64,000 nucleotides of DNA, from positions 54,787 through 118,786 of the forward strand of contig JBBIMP010000011.1 of assembly GCA_037444305.1 (NCBI GenBank), in the 5' to 3' direction. The translations under genes were made by a program, and so were the position numbers. This DNA is from Acidobacteriota bacterium. GTDB taxonomy: Bacteria; Acidobacteriota; UBA6911. The notes under the pieces were generated by a model that saw only the letters and a list, made by a program, of their open reading frames with translations, ran no database searches and was not told the origin of the DNA. This document shows, piece after piece, positions 30,377-38,915 of the stretch (positions are counted from its first letter, which is position 1; every line of letters starts with the position of its first letter).

Positions 30377-31933
30377 ATGAGAGTCGAAATCACGCCGATG
30401 CCTGGCACGGCAGACAGTGATTCGCGGTATGGCGCGTCCGATGAGAGCGGGATCGAGCTATCCTTCCTCTCCATGATAGGGGAGGCAACGGCATCGATCG
30501 AGCCGAACGGGGACGAAACAGCGGTTGAGGGCCGCCCGCCGGAATTCTGTGGAGGAGCGCCCGAATCCCCAATGGCGCAGCCTGCGGCGGTCAATCCCTT
30601 TTCCCCTGCCGCACAGCCAGGTTCGACGGGCACGCCGATTGGCGGCCGTGCCGCTGACTCCGAGGCCCATTCGGATATGATCGCCCCCCCCGCGGCCGCT
30701 CCGGCAGAACCTCCGACCGGGCACTTGCTTGCGCAGCTCCGGCAGAGCCGGGCGGATGCGGAATCGGGTCGGGAGGATTCGGATGCGCCCGCCGGTCCGT
30801 CGCTCGGGCAGGCCAGTACCCGGACTAACGCTCCCGCAGGATTCCAATCTGTGGGGAACGCTCCCGCTGCAGAGGACCCGATCCACCGACCGGAACACGC
30901 GAATTCCGGGCTCATCCGGGAAGTACAGACGCAGCCGAACGCCTCCGCAGGGCATCCAGCCGGCATGGGGGCGGGAGACGGCTACAGGTTCGCGCCAGTC
31001 CTGGAAACAACCGAGGGCCCGGGCTTGGTCCCGCCCGCAAACGGGATTCCCCGCTCCGGCATGGAATCCGCACTGCCCTCCCCCCAGCCGCCGGATAACA
31101 GAGAAACGCGAGGGATTGATAGCTACGAAGTCCAAGGCAACCAGGCCGATCCTGCGTCTCCCTTGTTTGTCGGATGCAGGGTGACGGGACGAAATGCAGC
31201 CGGCGCCGTCAGCGCGCCGGCGGCCGAGTTTCCACTGGAAGTAAGCGCCGAAGCGGAACTCGCCTCGGGCGAGGATTGTCCGCAGGCCGACTCCCTGTCC
31301 TTCAGCGCGCATGCCGGCCGGCCGGGCGCCGGGCTGGGGGAGCAGGCGGGTCAGGAAAACCGGGGGGCTGAGAAATATCATCTGGCGGCGCCAATGCACT
31401 TCGGCAAAGAGGGGAGAATATCCTTCCGATCGGAAGGCCCTGCGGTCAGAAGCGTACCCTCGGAGGCCTTGGCGCTGAACGATCCCGACTTTCCACAGGC
31501 ACTGGCCCAGCGGGTGCAGATCCAGGTCCGGGGCGGCGACGGCAGCGTTCAGATCCAGCTCAAGCCCCACGTCCTCGGACGCCTCGAAATCAGGGCCGAG
31601 ACCTCCGGCGGGGCAGTGAGAGCCAGCATCATCACAGAGTCGCAGAGCGTCAAGGACTTCCTGGAGCAGAATCTGCACGTGCTCAGGCAGACCTTTCAGG
31701 AGCAGGGGCTAAGGGTTGACAGGGTCCAGATCACGGTGGCAGATCCCGCCGTGTCCGAACACTCCTCCGGGGGCGGATTTCCGCACCAGCCCCACTCCGG
31801 CCGCGGGGAAGAGTCGCGGCCAAACCTCGGGCGAGGGCAGGGAATCGGACAGGAGAAAGGTGCGGACATCGAGAAGGCAAATCCTGCGGTATCCATTCTG
31901 CGGCCTCACAGTACCTTTTATACGGTGGCATGA
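30377..31933 (+). CDS. fliK: Flagellar hook-length control protein FliK
   Basis: Low-complexity N-terminus, C-terminal IQLKP..LG.LEI..LEQNL..LR..F.EQG. Confidence 0.85.
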   Translation: MRVEITPMPGTADSDSRYGASDESGIELSFLSMIGEATASIEPNGDETAVEGRPPEFCGGAPESPMAQPAAVNPFSPAAQPGSTGTPIGGRAADSEAHSDMIAPPAAAPAEPPTGHLLAQLRQSRADAESGREDSDAPAGPSLGQASTRTNAPAGFQSVGNAPAAEDPIHRPEHANSGLIREVQTQPNASAGHPAGMGAGDGYRFAPVLETTEGPGLVPPANGIPRSGMESALPSPQPPDNRETRGIDSYEVQGNQADPASPLFVGCRVTGRNAAGAVSAPAAEFPLEVSAEAELASGEDCPQADSLSFSAHAGRPGAGLGEQAGQENRGAEKYHLAAPMHFGKEGRISFRSEGPAVRSVPSEALALNDPDFPQALAQRVQIQVRGGDGSVQIQLKPHVLGRLEIRAETSGGAVRASIITESQSVKDFLEQNLHVLRQTFQEQGLRVDRVQITVADPAVSEHSSGGGFPHQPHSGRGEESRPNLGRGQGIGQEKGADIEKANPAVSILRPHSTFYTVA

Positions 31934-32075
31934 ATTGCCGCACCGGCAGTCTTTGCCTGGCCGGATCGCATTTGTAGGTGCGCGCTGCAGACTGGATTTC
32001 GGAGGCACAGCACGTAAGTGTTGGGAGGAAAGACCTTGAGAATGGAGTGCGAAAACCGAAGTCGGCACTCGCCGT

Positions 32076-32091
32076 TGGCACGCGGTGTGCA
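32076..32091 (+). promoter_or_regulatory. Sigma54 promoter for flgDE
   Basis: TGGCACGCGGTGTGCA (GG-N10-GC). Confidence 0.75.
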
Positions 32092-32185
32092 TTGCTTTGT
32101 GTGCGCTGCCGGACCGGCGCGAAGCGGGCGCCAGGTGCCGCGGAGGATGGATTTGTAACTGGCAGATGGAGGGAGGAATGAGGAA

Positions 32186-32509
32186 ATGACAGTGATCAAT
32201 TCCGCCGGCCCGATGGATTTGCCCATCGGCGCCCTGACAAACGAAGCCGGGACGGAGGGCACCAGGAAAACGGGCTCTGCGCAGGCTCTCGGCCGAGATG
32301 AATTTCTGCGGCTCCTGGTCGTCCAATTGCAGCACCAGGATCCGATGAATCCCCTGAAGAACGAGGAGTATATCGCTCAACTCGCGACCTTCAGTTCCCT
32401 GGAACAGCTGATAGCCATCAAGGCGGGCGTGGAAAAGCTGGCCAACGCAGCCGAGGCGGATCAGGAGCCAAAAACCGGCGTCGTCACCGGCGCTTCCGAA
32501 AAACCATAG
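32186..32509 (+). CDS. flgD: Flagellar hook capping protein FlgD (short form)
   Basis: [37 protein letters not shown]. Confidence 0.92.
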   Translation: MTVINSAGPMDLPIGALTNEAGTEGTRKTGSAQALGRDEFLRLLVVQLQHQDPMNPLKNEEYIAQLATFSSLEQLIAIKAGVEKLANAAEADQEPKTGVVTGASEKP

Positions 32510-32521
32510 AGGAGAACCAAG

Positions 32522-33769
32522 ATGTTTACATCTTTTTATTCGGCTCTCACCGGCCTGAACATGAATGCGATGTCGATCAACGTCATCGGCAACAATCTGG
32601 CGAATATCAACACTACCGCCTTTAAGTCGAGCAAGGCGAACTTTGCGGAGCTGGTAGGCGGTTCGGGTGGAGTTGCGGCAGGGAACGGCAACCCTGTCCA
32701 GATCGGTCTTGGTTCGACGGTGGCGGGAGTCGTCCCCGTATTCAACCAGGGCTCCATTCAATATACCGGCAGACCCACTGATGTGGCGATCAGCGGCAAC
32801 GGTTTCTTTGTCCTCTCCACGGAGGCAGGATATGCCTATACACGTGCCGGCAACTTCGGACTCAATGCTTCGGGGGAACTCGTGAATGCCGACGGCTTCA
32901 AGGTCGCAGGATATCTGGCAGCCAACGGGGTCGTGAATACCAGCGTGCCGCCTGCCCCGATCACGATCGAGCTCGCAACCAGCCTCCCGCCGCAGAAGTC
33001 GTCCAACGTAAGCATCACCGCAAACCTGGACAACAAAGCCGCCGTGGATTCCAAGTTTTCGACCGCCGTGCAGATTTTCGACAGCGTGGGCTCTCCCCAT
33101 ACTGTTTCCTTTACCTTCACCAAGAGCGGCCCTTCGGAATGGGGTTGGTCTGCGACGATCCCCGCGACGGCCACGGGGGGAAGAGCAAGCGATCCGGCGG
33201 TGGAAATCGGAACCGGAACATTCACCTTCAACAGCCTGGGCATCCTCTCCAGCCCCACCCAGGATGCGGATCTCACCATCAGTGGACTGGCGAATGGCGC
33301 AGCCGACATGACCATCAAATTTTCCCTTATTGATCCTACGGGCAACCCGCGCTTTACCGGTTTCGCCGCAGCCTCCAGCGTGTCCTCCGTCACCCAGGAT
33401 GGATTCGCCTCCAGCGTCCTGCGGGATATCAGCATCGATAACCGTGGCGTCATCCGCGGAATCTACGACAGCGGCCAGGTAGCACCCCTGGCCCAGTTGG
33501 CGCTTGCCAATTTCGCCAATGTGGAAGGACTGGTGAAGCTCACCGGCTCTACGTTTACAACTTCACCGACGTCCGGCGAACCGTCCATCGGTGTCGGCGG
33601 TACCGGCGGTAGAGGTATTATCCAGGGTAGCGCCCTCGAGCTCTCCAACGTAGACATCGCGCAGGAATTCACTAACCTGATCATCGCCCAGCGCGGTTAC
33701 CAGGCGAACTCTCGGGTCATCAGCGCCACCGACGAGATTTACATGGAGGCCATCAACCTCAAGCGTTGA
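32522..33769 (+). CDS. flgE: Flagellar hook protein FlgE
   Basis: VIGNNLAN.NT..FK, YTRAGNF, LELSNVDIAQEFTNLIIAQRGYQANSR. Confidence 0.96.
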   Translation: MFTSFYSALTGLNMNAMSINVIGNNLANINTTAFKSSKANFAELVGGSGGVAAGNGNPVQIGLGSTVAGVVPVFNQGSIQYTGRPTDVAISGNGFFVLSTEAGYAYTRAGNFGLNASGELVNADGFKVAGYLAANGVVNTSVPPAPITIELATSLPPQKSSNVSITANLDNKAAVDSKFSTAVQIFDSVGSPHTVSFTFTKSGPSEWGWSATIPATATGGRASDPAVEIGTGTFTFNSLGILSSPTQDADLTISGLANGAADMTIKFSLIDPTGNPRFTGFAAASSVSSVTQDGFASSVLRDISIDNRGVIRGIYDSGQVAPLAQLALANFANVEGLVKLTGSTFTTSPTSGEPSIGVGGTGGRGIIQGSALELSNVDIAQEFTNLIIAQRGYQANSRVISATDEIYMEAINLKR

Positions 33770-34068
33770 TGCCTCACCGACAGCGCCGGCCCGCGGGTAC
33801 GGTTCGTTGTCCGTATCCGCGGGCCCACTCCCCGCCACATCCTTCCGGGCCATGCCCCGCCTACGTCAACTTTTTGGCGAAACCGGCCCCTGAGCTTGAC
33901 ACCCGTCCCGGCCGCGTGAACCCGCAGGCCTACCGCCAAATCTCCAATGTCACGTCCTGGAAACTGGCGGACACCGTAATCCATAGATAATGCGTAATTT
34001 ATATCCTCGCCGCTCGAATTGGAGCTGAAGCGGCTACGGAACGGCATTTTGCGGAGCGGATCAGGGAT

Positions 34069-34084
34069 TGGCATGGGCTTTGCA
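34069..34084 (+). promoter_or_regulatory. Sigma54 promoter for the fliL operon
   Basis: TGGCATGGGCTTTGCA (GG-N10-GC). Confidence 0.8.
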
Positions 34085-34136
34085 TTACTGCTAAGGGCGT
34101 TGAACTGCAGTTGCAGCCAATTGGAGATCAGAGGTC

Positions 34137-34664
34137 ATGGCCGAAGAAGAGAAACCTGACGGGGCGGATGTTCAGCAGGAAGCAAAGAGCAGGAAGTGGC
34201 TCTGGATCGTGGTTGCGGCCATGGTTTTCCTCGCAGCCGGGGCAGCGGGTGCCTACTTTCTAGGCTACCTGCCCGGTACAGCCAGCGCCGAGGATGCGGT
34301 GGATTCCGGTCCCACGGATGACGCAGGGCCTCAGCCGCTCACCGATCGCGTCAAGTCCGTCATGAAGCTCGATGCCTTTCTCGTGAATCTGGCCGATCCC
34401 GACGGTGCCCGTTTCCTGAAGGCCACATTCCACCTCGGCCTGGACCAGCCCAAGGTGGGGGAGCAGTATGCCGGCGATCCGGTCGTGCTGGCAGCCACCC
34501 GCGACCGCATAAATTCCATCCTCAGCACCAAGACGGCGGAGGAGATCCTCTCGCCCGAGGGCAAGGACGCGCTGCGCCGCGAAATCCGTGACATCCTGAT
34601 TCCGGTCTTTCCGGCAGGCAAGGTTGTGGACGTCTACATCCTCGATTTTGTCGTGCAACTGTGA
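34137..34664 (+). CDS. fliL: Flagellar protein FliL
   Basis: N-terminal TM, FLVNLAD, EGK..LR..I, DFVVQ. Confidence 0.92.
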   Translation: MAEEEKPDGADVQQEAKSRKWLWIVVAAMVFLAAGAAGAYFLGYLPGTASAEDAVDSGPTDDAGPQPLTDRVKSVMKLDAFLVNLADPDGARFLKATFHLGLDQPKVGEQYAGDPVVLAATRDRINSILSTKTAEEILSPEGKDALRREIRDILIPVFPAGKVVDVYILDFVVQL

Positions 34665-34677
34665 AAGGAGCATGCCG

Positions 34678-34965
34678 ATGTCCGAATGGCCAGCGAACGC
34701 AGGCGCAGCAGCCGTAGTGAATGGGGACGCCGATTTCGGCGCTTTTCTGGATGTGCCACTCACGGTGAGGGTGGAACTCGGCAGGCGAACCATGAAGGTC
34801 CGCGATGTCCTGCAGTTGAAACCGGAGTCGGTCATGACGATCGAAAAATCAGCCGGTGAAAACGTGGATGTCTACGTGAACGACAGGCTGGTGGCATTTG
34901 GTGAAATCTTGGAAACAGAAGGACATGCAGGAATAAGGATTACGGACCTGCTGGAACAGCAGTGA
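34678..34965 (+). CDS. fliN: Flagellar motor switch protein FliN
   Basis: LDVPLTVRVELGR, AGENVDVYVN, GIRITD; AAGGAG RBS. Confidence 0.88.
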   Translation: MSEWPANAGAAAVVNGDADFGAFLDVPLTVRVELGRRTMKVRDVLQLKPESVMTIEKSAGENVDVYVNDRLVAFGEILETEGHAGIRITDLLEQQ

Positions 34966-34980
34966 CGGGGAAGACCTCCT

Positions 34981-35715
34981 ATGCAAAAGACCAAACGATT
35001 GAGCTTTCTGGGATGCCTGTCATTTCTCCTGGTTCTTGTCCTGTCGCCGGCGGCGGCTGCCGCCCAGGATAACCCGCCGGCGGAAGAGCCCGTGACGACA
35101 CAAGTCGTGGCCGGCGCGGAAGAAGGTCCTCCCCCGGAAGTGGCTTCGTCGCAACAGGAGATCGTACCGGTGGCGGACAATGCGCCGGCAGAGGCGTCGA
35201 TTCCGGGGGGGCCGGAGATTCCGGGGGAGCCGGCGATTCCGGAAGAGCCGGCGGCCGAATGGGGCAACACGATCTTTCCCCTCATGAAGGTTGCCGGCGG
35301 CATCGGGATCGTGATTGGCTTGATCCTCGGCGGATTCTGGGCCATGAAAAAAGTGGCGCCGCAGTATTTTGCCAAGCGCGGCGCCGGCAAGATGCTTCGC
35401 CTCATCGAGACGCTCTCGATGGGTGAAAAGCGCACGATCGCCATCGTCGAGGTGGCCGGAAAGAGCTATCTCATAGGCAATACGCCGGGTCAGATTTCGC
35501 TGCTGGATGCTCTACAGCACCTGCCCGAGGCATGCGCGGCCCGCGAAACCCGTGCGGGGGCAGATCTGCCGGCGGGAAATGGCAGCCGAAAAGGGAGTTT
35601 CCTGGACATCTACGAGGCCGCAAGAAGCACACCCGCCCAAGCGGCAAGGCCGGCGCAGATTCCGCCGGACATACGCGGGAAAATGAGGGAACTCAGGCAG
35701 GCGCTGGAAAAATAG
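34981..35715 (+). CDS. fliO: Flagellar biogenesis protein FliO with long N-terminal extension
   Basis: TM then LRLIETLSMGEKR.IAIVEV....LIG.T..QISLL; precedes fliP. Confidence 0.82.
   Translation: MQKTKRLSFLGCLSFLLVLVLSPAAAAAQDNPPAEEPVTTQVVAGAEEGPPPEVASSQQEIVPVADNAPAEASIPGGPEIPGEPAIPEEPAAEWGNTIFPLMKVAGGIGIVIGLILGGFWAMKKVAPQYFAKRGAGKMLRLIETLSMGEKRTIAIVEVAGKSYLIGNTPGQISLLDALQHLPEACAARETRAGADLPAGNGSRKGSFLDIYEAARSTPAQAARPAQIPPDIRGKMRELRQALEK
35200..35253 (+). repeat. 3 x 18-bp imperfect tandem repeat inside fliO
   Basis: ATTCCGGGGGGGCCGGAG / ATTCCGGGGGAGCCGGCG / ATTCCGGAAGAGCCGGCG (IPGGPE-IPGEPA-IPEEPA). Confidence 0.8.
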
Positions 35716-35741
35716 GGAGCGGCATTCCCAGCGGGGCGGAT

Positions 35742-36506
35742 ATGAAAAAAACAGCAATTGTCCTGATCTGTGCCGGATTTTTCCTCCTCGCGCTTCAGCC
35801 GGCAATTGCGGCCCAGGCGCAGAACGACCGCAGTTTTTCGGGCATCGAGCTGCGGATCGGCGGCGGCCGACAACAGGAGGGGCTGTCCACGCCGCTGCAG
35901 ATCCTGATCCTGCTGACCGTCCTGTCGCTGCTGCCGGCCATCCTGGTTTCGGTAACCTCTTTCACCCGTCTGATCATCGTGGCTCATTTCCTCCGCCAGG
36001 CCCTGGGCACGCAGACCATGCCTCCCAACCAGGTCCTGATCGGTCTTTCGCTGTTCCTGACCTTTTTCATCATGCAGCCCGTGGGCGAGCGGGTTCACAG
36101 GGAGGCGCTCGAACCCATGATGAACGGACAGCTCACGGAAATGCAGGCCCTCGAGGCAGCTTCCGGCCCGGTCCGGGAATTCATGCTGCGGTATACGCGG
36201 GAGAAGGACCTGATGCTCTTCATGAACATTGCGAAGGAGCCGCGCCCTGCCAACAGCAAGGACCTGTCCATGCGCATCGTGATCCCCAGCTTCATCATCT
36301 CCGAACTGAAGACGGCGTTCCAGATCGGTTTCGTGCTGTTCATACCGTTCCTGGTTATCGACATGGTGGTGGCTTCGGTCCTGCTGTCCATGGGCATGAT
36401 GCAGTTGCCTCCGGTGGTCATCTCGACCCCCTTCAAGATCCTGCTCTTTGTCATGGTGGACGGCTGGAATCTCGTGGTGGGGTCGCTGGTCAGGAGCTTC
36501 TTCTAG
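35742..36506 (+). CDS. fliP: Flagellar export gate protein FliP
   Basis: TSFTR, LRQALG, PPNQVL, SELKTAFQIGF, GMMQLPP, VDGW. Confidence 0.96.
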   Translation: MKKTAIVLICAGFFLLALQPAIAAQAQNDRSFSGIELRIGGGRQQEGLSTPLQILILLTVLSLLPAILVSVTSFTRLIIVAHFLRQALGTQTMPPNQVLIGLSLFLTFFIMQPVGERVHREALEPMMNGQLTEMQALEAASGPVREFMLRYTREKDLMLFMNIAKEPRPANSKDLSMRIVIPSFIISELKTAFQIGFVLFIPFLVIDMVVASVLLSMGMMQLPPVVISTPFKILLFVMVDGWNLVVGSLVRSFF

Positions 36507-36583
36507 CGCCGCCCCGGGACTGCATAGTTGTCTTTTGTGCTGACTTTGCGGCGGGGCTGCCCGCCGGAGAATGTTGAGGCCTT

Positions 36584-36853
36584 ATGAATCCTGACACGGT
36601 ATTGACACTGGCTAGAGAGACTCTGCAGATGACGCTCATGGTGAGCGGCCCGTTGCTGCTCGTATCGCTTGTCGCAGGCATTCTGGTCAGCGTTTTTCAG
36701 GTGGTCACCTCGATCCAGGATATGACCCTCTCCCTGGTGCCGCGGATGCTGGCTGTTTTTCTGGCTTTCCTGTTTCTGCTCCCGTGGGTCATGAGCCTCC
36801 TCATCGGATTCACCTCAAGGCTTCTGGGTCATCTCGAACGGTTTGCAATTTGA
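36584..36853 (+). CDS. fliQ: Flagellar export gate protein FliQ
   Basis: FQVVTSIQDMTLS.VP, LPW. Confidence 0.93.
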   Translation: MNPDTVLTLARETLQMTLMVSGPLLLVSLVAGILVSVFQVVTSIQDMTLSLVPRMLAVFLAFLFLLPWVMSLLIGFTSRLLGHLERFAI

Positions 36854-36928
36854 CGGCTGCCCGGTGGCCGGCGACGCGGCCGGGAGGCGCCGGCTTCTTG
36901 GTTCTCGGACCTTCAGGCTAAGCCAGCA

Positions 36929-37708
36929 ATGACGACTATTTCGTTTTCTCCTGGGGACGTCGCGAGCTTCGCGGTCGTGCTGTTCCGGGTTGCGGGCATC
37001 ATGGTCTTTGCCCCCTTCTACAGCTCGGGCGGCTTTCCCATTCAGGTGAAAATAATGCTGCCCCTCTGCGTAGCGCTGACTCTGGGGCCGGCGGTGCCGG
37101 CCGCACAGGGGATTCAGAGCATGGCGTTGGGGGGGATCGTGCTCTCGCTTCTCGGAGAGGTCCTGGTAGGGATGGTACTGGGACTGACGGCGGCTTTTGT
37201 CTTCAGCGGACTCCAGCTCGCAGGCCAGATCATGGGGTTTCAGCTTGGCTTTTCGATCGTCAACGTGATCGATCCGCAGACCACCGTTCAAACCTCGGTC
37301 CTGGCGATCCTGCAGAACTTTCTGGGTTTGATCTTCTTTCTGATGATCAACGGCCACCACTGGTTTTTCAGGGCGGTGGCCGAAAGCCTGGATTACCTTC
37401 CGGTTGGCGGGATCCGAATGAGCGGACCCATCGCGGGAGAGATGGTACGGCTATCCTCCCAGATCTTCGTGGCCGGAATACAGATTGCGGCGCCGGTGCT
37501 TGCCGTCACGATGGTCGCCGACGTCATTCTCGGGATCATCGGGAGGGCTGCGCCACAGATCAACATTCTGATCGAGGGCCTGCCGGTAAAAATCCTGGTC
37601 GGGCTGGGCGGAATGAGCCTTGCATGCTATTTTCTTCCGGGCCTGCTGGGCTCCTATTTCATGCAGTTGTCGCAGGATCTGCTGACCATCCTGCGCGGAC
37701 TGGTTTAG
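36929..37708 (+). CDS. fliR: Flagellar export gate protein FliR
   Basis: AGQIMGFQLG, DP, NGHH, RAAPQIN. Confidence 0.94.
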   Translation: MTTISFSPGDVASFAVVLFRVAGIMVFAPFYSSGGFPIQVKIMLPLCVALTLGPAVPAAQGIQSMALGGIVLSLLGEVLVGMVLGLTAAFVFSGLQLAGQIMGFQLGFSIVNVIDPQTTVQTSVLAILQNFLGLIFFLMINGHHWFFRAVAESLDYLPVGGIRMSGPIAGEMVRLSSQIFVAGIQIAAPVLAVTMVADVILGIIGRAAPQINILIEGLPVKILVGLGGMSLACYFLPGLLGSYFMQLSQDLLTILRGLV

Positions 37709-37717
37709 AGCGGCGTC

Positions 37718-38785
37718 ATGGCGGAGCTGAAGGAGAGCCGGACAGAAAAAGCCACTCCGCGCAAACTGCAGAAAGCGCGGGAAAAGGGTCAGATCGCGCG
37801 CAGCAAGGAGGTGCCCGCCGCCGCCGTGGTGCTGGGGGCGTTCCTGTACCTCTTTTTCGGCGGCCAACACCTGTTCGACAACCTGCAATCCTGCACGCGC
37901 GACCTGCTCCGGCTACCTATGCCCGAGGAGGTGACCATTTCCTTTGTCACCTCGATGGCGCGAGATATTGCGCTGCGTTTCGCGATGATCGTCGGCCCAC
38001 TTTTTCTGGTGGCCATGACTCTGGGCGTAGGGGCCAATGTGGCCCAGGGAGGCATCACAATCTCCTGGCATCAATTGCGCTTCAATTTCGGCAAGCTCAA
38101 TCCCAAGAACGGCCTGTCCAGGCTTTTCTCCAAGTACGGTCTGGCGGAGCTGGCAAAGAGCCTGGCGCTGATCGCCGCCATCCTTTTCATAACCTACCAG
38201 GTGATCGAAGACCATCTCGCGCTGTTTCCCCGTCTCGCCAACATGGATTCGCGCCAACTTGTGTACTGGACGGCGGGACTCTGCTACAAGATCGGTCTCC
38301 GCATCGGCATATTCCTTCTGGTAGTCGCCGTCGCCGACTATGCGCTGCAGCGGCACCGTTTTCTCGAGCAGTTGAAGATGACCAAGCAGGAGGTCAAGGA
38401 CGAGGTCAAGGAACTCGAGGGAGATCCGCTCACCCGGTCCCGTATCCGGAGGATCCAGCGGGAGTTGGCCCGCAAGCGGATGATGGCCGACGTTCCGGCC
38501 GCCGACGTGGTCATCACCAATCCCACCCACTACGCTGTCGCGCTCTCCTACAAGATGGAGGCCATGGAAGCTCCCAAGGTGGTGGCCAAAGGTGTCGGAT
38601 TTTTGGCGATCAAGATTAAGGAGTTGGCACAGGAGCACGATGTCCCAAGGGTGGAAAACCGGGAACTGGCCCGTGCCCTCTACAAGGGCTGCGAGGTCGG
38701 TCAATTCATACCGGTTAATCTGTACCGTGCCGTGGCCGAGATCCTCGCATATATCTACAAGACGCGCAATAGTTTGCGGTACTAG
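37718..38785 (+). CDS. flhB: Flagellar export protein FlhB
   Basis: TEKATPRKL..AREKG, MTKQEVKDE, EGDP, NPTH autocleavage motif. Confidence 0.97.
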   Translation: MAELKESRTEKATPRKLQKAREKGQIARSKEVPAAAVVLGAFLYLFFGGQHLFDNLQSCTRDLLRLPMPEEVTISFVTSMARDIALRFAMIVGPLFLVAMTLGVGANVAQGGITISWHQLRFNFGKLNPKNGLSRLFSKYGLAELAKSLALIAAILFITYQVIEDHLALFPRLANMDSRQLVYWTAGLCYKIGLRIGIFLLVVAVADYALQRHRFLEQLKMTKQEVKDEVKELEGDPLTRSRIRRIQRELARKRMMADVPAADVVITNPTHYAVALSYKMEAMEAPKVVAKGVGFLAIKIKELAQEHDVPRVENRELARALYKGCEVGQFIPVNLYRAVAEILAYIYKTRNSLRY

Positions 38786-38849
38786 TCGCACCCCCGGATT
38801 CTCGCCGGGGGGCCTTGCCGCGCCCTACCCCTCGCTTGTCGTCTCCCGA

Positions 38850-38864
38850 TGGCATGGAAATTGC
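38850..38864 (+). promoter_or_regulatory. Sigma54 promoter for the flhA operon
   Basis: TGGCATGGAAATTGC (GG-N10-GC). Confidence 0.8.
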
Positions 38865-38915
38865 CTAAACCCCTCCGGATCGATAGTGCTGTAACCGGAC
38901 AGGGATTTCAGACCG

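Noticed and set aside
33766-33990. 74-aa ORF between flgE and fliL
   Set aside because: Pro/Arg-rich, no RBS, no resemblance to FlbD or MotA; probably intergenic.
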